Shown here: positions 60,961-64,000 of the stretch, piece by piece
Numbering within the stretch: position 1 is the stretch's first letter
How the letters are laid out: each line of letters opens with the position of its first letter
Assembly (NCBI GenBank): GCA_964016885.1
Contig: OZ024741.1
Coordinates: 14,260,001 to 14,324,000, forward strand
Direction of reading: 5' to 3'
Source of the DNA: Eledone cirrhosa
Lineage: Eukaryota
Length of the DNA: 64,000 nt
Translations under genes and position numbers: made by a program
The notes under the pieces: generated by a model
What the model was told of the DNA's origin: nothing
The model's database searches: none
What the model saw: the letters and a program-made list of their open reading frames with translations, nothing else

Positions 60961-61085
60961 GTGAAGGCGCGTGTCTGAGTGGTTAGAGACTTGGATTCAC
61001 AATCGTGAGGTTGTGAGTTCGATTCCTGGATCGGGCTATGCGTTATGTCCTTGAGCAAGACACTTTATTTCACGTTGTTCCTTCT
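60961..61085 (+). mobile_element. tRNA-derived SINE family 2, 5' part
   Basis: A-box tgtctgagtgg, B-box gagttcgattcc, then CORE-like tgtccttgagcaagacactt. Confidence 0.75.
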
Positions 61086-61149
61086 GGCTGGAGTTGCGAC
61101 CAATACAGAGTATTAGCAATTGGAAATATATATATGTATATATAACTAT

Positions 61150-61209
<60 letters not shown>

Positions 61210-61538
61210 GTATAGTTAATATCTGGTAATTTCCTTCGCTAAAATTGCGAAACAGCATCCAAAGCTATCTGGGTGTTCCGGCAGTTGCCCAACATAGGTT
61301 TGTTTTTCTTTTTCTTGATTTATTATTTTAAATTGAGTCTGGCAAACCATATAGTTAATAGTTAGTATGTTTTTCACCCTAGCGAACCTGGTCCCTTACA
61401 ATTTGAACACATGTATGTTTATATCTGTGTTTATCTCTCTTTTATATTCAATTATATTACTCGGCTCAGAAAAACCTCTTTCTTTGAGCTATTTAATTTT
61501 AAGAGACTATTTTGAGTTTCTAACTCAATATATACCTT

Positions 61539-61646
<108 letters not shown>

Positions 61647-61913
61647 GACGTAAAATAAGCAAATTATAAAAATCTGTTCTCAGCTAAGTTCCCAGGCAAT
61701 GCGTGGACACAGGGAACTTATACAAAAATAATTCAGTGGATGGAAAAAAGCAAGCGTGGACTAAATTCCAAGACATTGAAAAAATCACTGCCTACTTGGT
61801 CGGTGGCAAATTCAAAAGAATCAATCACGTGACATCGAGGTTAATCAGTGAGGAGTGGGGTGTTAAAAAGACAGTAGCCGAACCATTACTATGAACCGGT
61901 TCTTTTCCATCAG

Positions 61914-61967
61914 CACCGGTTGAAAAGGTTGGTCATCATACGATCAACAAAACGTACGTACCTGGTG
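61914..61967 (+). ncRNA. Decayed hammerhead ribozyme, U3-A8 variant
   Basis: CACCGG-TTGAAAA-gGTTGGTC atcatac GATCAAC-aAA-ACGTACGT-A-CCtGGTG; G12 replaced by A. Confidence 0.5.
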
Positions 61968-62022
61968 TGGCTTCGTTGTAGTACTGACCTAAATATATAT
62001 ACGTGTGTGTGCGTGCATGCGT

Positions 62023-62062
<40 letters not shown>

Positions 62063-62209
62063 GTGTGTGCGCGCGCGCGCATGTGTGGTGTGTATGGTTT
62101 GTAAGCATGAAGTTTATCAAATATTTCTAATAAATAATTTCCTCAAAATTTCACCAAATATTTCTATCAAGAAGATTGGGGAGACGTTTCTTTTAGTCCG
62201 GCAGTATAA

Positions 62210-62555
62210 ACTCTCAGACAAAGCCGCAACCTGGTGCAGTCTGCGACTAACCCAGGTTCTGCTGCACGTCGCGCTGAGGAGGCCAAACACTTCAAATACC
62301 GGTCGCTCTCCGACAGGTTTGCGGTCGTACCCTTGGCAGTGGAGATTTCTGGTGTCCTCAGCCATAGGGCTACCTCCCTACTCCCCACTATAGGCGCTGA
62401 GCTGGCCAGCCGCAGGTGTGAGCCTCGCTAGCTGGAACGGCTTTTCCAGCGCGTCTCCTTTGCCGTCCTCCGGGGAAACGCCTTCTCCATTCTGTCCGCC
62501 GGGACTGTGGGGAGGCCCCAATATGATTGACTGACTTGTCATTTTATCAGTCAGA
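62210..62555 (+). mobile_element. CRE-clade non-LTR element, 3' fragment
   Basis: PGSAARRAEEAKHFKYRSL..FAVVPLAVE..LFQRVSFAVLRGNAFSIL. Confidence 0.78.
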
Positions 62556-62679
62556 TGTTTTTAGACATCACCCAGTTAAATATAATTCATTCTGTGCAAT
62601 AAAATAGAAATCTTGGTTGTCCATCGTAAACGATGATGACATCTTCTTCATTGTTATTCCCGTCTGTCGTGGGCGCGAA

Positions 62680-63432
62680 GGTGGCTGTGGAGGCAGATTC
62701 TTGACTTGCAGGTCCGGAGACAGTGGGGGCAGGGGAAGAGACCGGAGTCGCTTGCGGCAGCTGCTGATGCCTTTCTCCCTCTGACATCCCGGGGTCAGAA
62801 GGAGAACGACTTGCGCATCCAGGCCGCCCACGTGCGGGTTTGAGACTGGCAACTCCAAGAGGTTACCTCCACCTGTTACCTCCGCCTCTCGCCCATCGCC
62901 GCAGGACTTTGGGAGTGCACGCTAAAGAAGAAACCTGTGCGGAAAAGGTTTATAGCGGGAGGGCCAGTGCACAGTGACGGTCCCACTCACTCGGCCGCAG
63001 AAGCCAGAATCCGGTGGTACAGAGGACCGTCACGACCAGGGACTTCCTTGGCTGCAGTGGATGGCCACGACGTCTGTAGTGCCTTGCCGTGCCCTAGCGC
63101 TCCACACCGCTTGCTGTCGCCGCCTTTGTGACCGTTGGGACGATGTTGTCCTCCTCCACTCACTCCGCCTGGTCCAGTCTTCGCATGCAGGGGTAGGCAT
63201 CCCCCATCTAACTCACCGGGGTGTTTCAGACCCGTCCGGCTTCCCTCAACCTGGTTCGGCCTGCCAGCCAAAGCGGTTTACCGGGGGTGTGGCCGCTGTG
63301 GCATGCTACAGCTTCTTGGAGCCACAGGTGAGAGCTGAGTGTCAGGTGGGACTCAATGCAGGACGAGCTGTCCTGAAAAGAGCATGGCTAGCCTCCCCCC
63401 CTACAGAGGTACATGCCCCTCCCTGACACTCC
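62680..63432 (-). mobile_element. Probable RTE LINE 5' UTR fragment with a structured GC-rich leader
   Basis: GC-rich island; ctcacctgtggctccaagaagctgtagcatg..gcggccacacc resembles RTE-1-type 5' UTRs as I recall them (not database-checked). Confidence 0.55.
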
Positions 63433-63494
63433 AGGCATACACACACGCATATACATACACATACATATGTACATGGGTATATACATATTTACAC

Positions 63495-63690
63495 ATATTT
63501 GGATGGCCGTTGATTCTTATGAGTTCTTCCGCCCTTTGTCAGGTTTTTATTTTTGTCCTGCAGTGTGTCCAAAATCACCCTCCTCACCAAGTAAACTTGG
63601 TGGGGTTGCCAGTTTAGTCGTCGGCGACCCGACCATGCGACAGGTTGTACTGGGTTACATGTTACCAGTAGCACTCAAGAGTCACCTGAC
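63495..63690. repeat. Dispersed repeat shared with 8255-8418
   Basis: Visible alignment between the two copies. Confidence 0.7.
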
Positions 63691-64000
63691 ACAAAAAATA
63701 GAAATACATCATTGTGAAACCCTTATATAGGCGCTGGATTGAATTCAAGCATTCCTTCGATAAACTGTTTATTTAATCATCAATATTAATTTGTTACATG
63801 TCGTATTACCATATACATAACCCTCTTTTTGTTATCTCATCTACATATTATTATACTAGATAGTGTAAATACCTATGCTATAATTCTTAAAGTTATATTG
63901 TCAATATCTAAGTCTAATTTCACTATAGTTTAGTGAAATTAGACTTTGATATTTCACTTAAATTGTTAGTTTAAATTAAATCCTAGGATTCTGCTTTCGA

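Noticed and set aside
60961-61035. Possible tRNA gene
   Set aside because: The acceptor stem does not pair and the sequence runs into a SINE body; a second copy lies at 52045-52343.
63560-63690. Second HDV-like fold on the minus strand (ccagt...gactaaactgg), also at 8360-8415
   Set aside because: P2 and J4/2 look plausible, but P3 and a 7-bp P1 cannot be formed in either copy.

Overview
Eukaryotic, AT-rich, microsatellite-saturated DNA with no recognisable host gene; the SINE/LINE mix suggests a cephalopod such as Octopus (inference). It is almost entirely mobile elements: (i) six Tx1-type (L1 superfamily) non-LTR retrotransposons at 1-21.7 kb whose visible junctions all fall in (GATA)n/(TATC)n, including one full-length copy; (ii) two CR1-like LINEs, the long one with a Myb/SANT-like plus CCCH ORF1; (iii) two non-autonomous Helitrons with intron-bearing interiors; (iv) a Penelope-like element (RT + GIY-YIG) folded into a ~2 kb-arm inverted repeat; (v) RTE and CRE fragments, tRNA-derived SINEs, a 3.5 kb 20-bp satellite and several minisatellites. 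The most notable signals are the GATA-repeat target specificity, a splice-site-like ORF1/ORF2 junction in the Tx1 family, several minimal hammerhead ribozymes (some with a compensatory U3-A8 core) including a ~440-bp retrozyme-like element, and an HDV-like fold at an RTE 5' end. All calls were made by eye; boundaries are approximate to a few bases.
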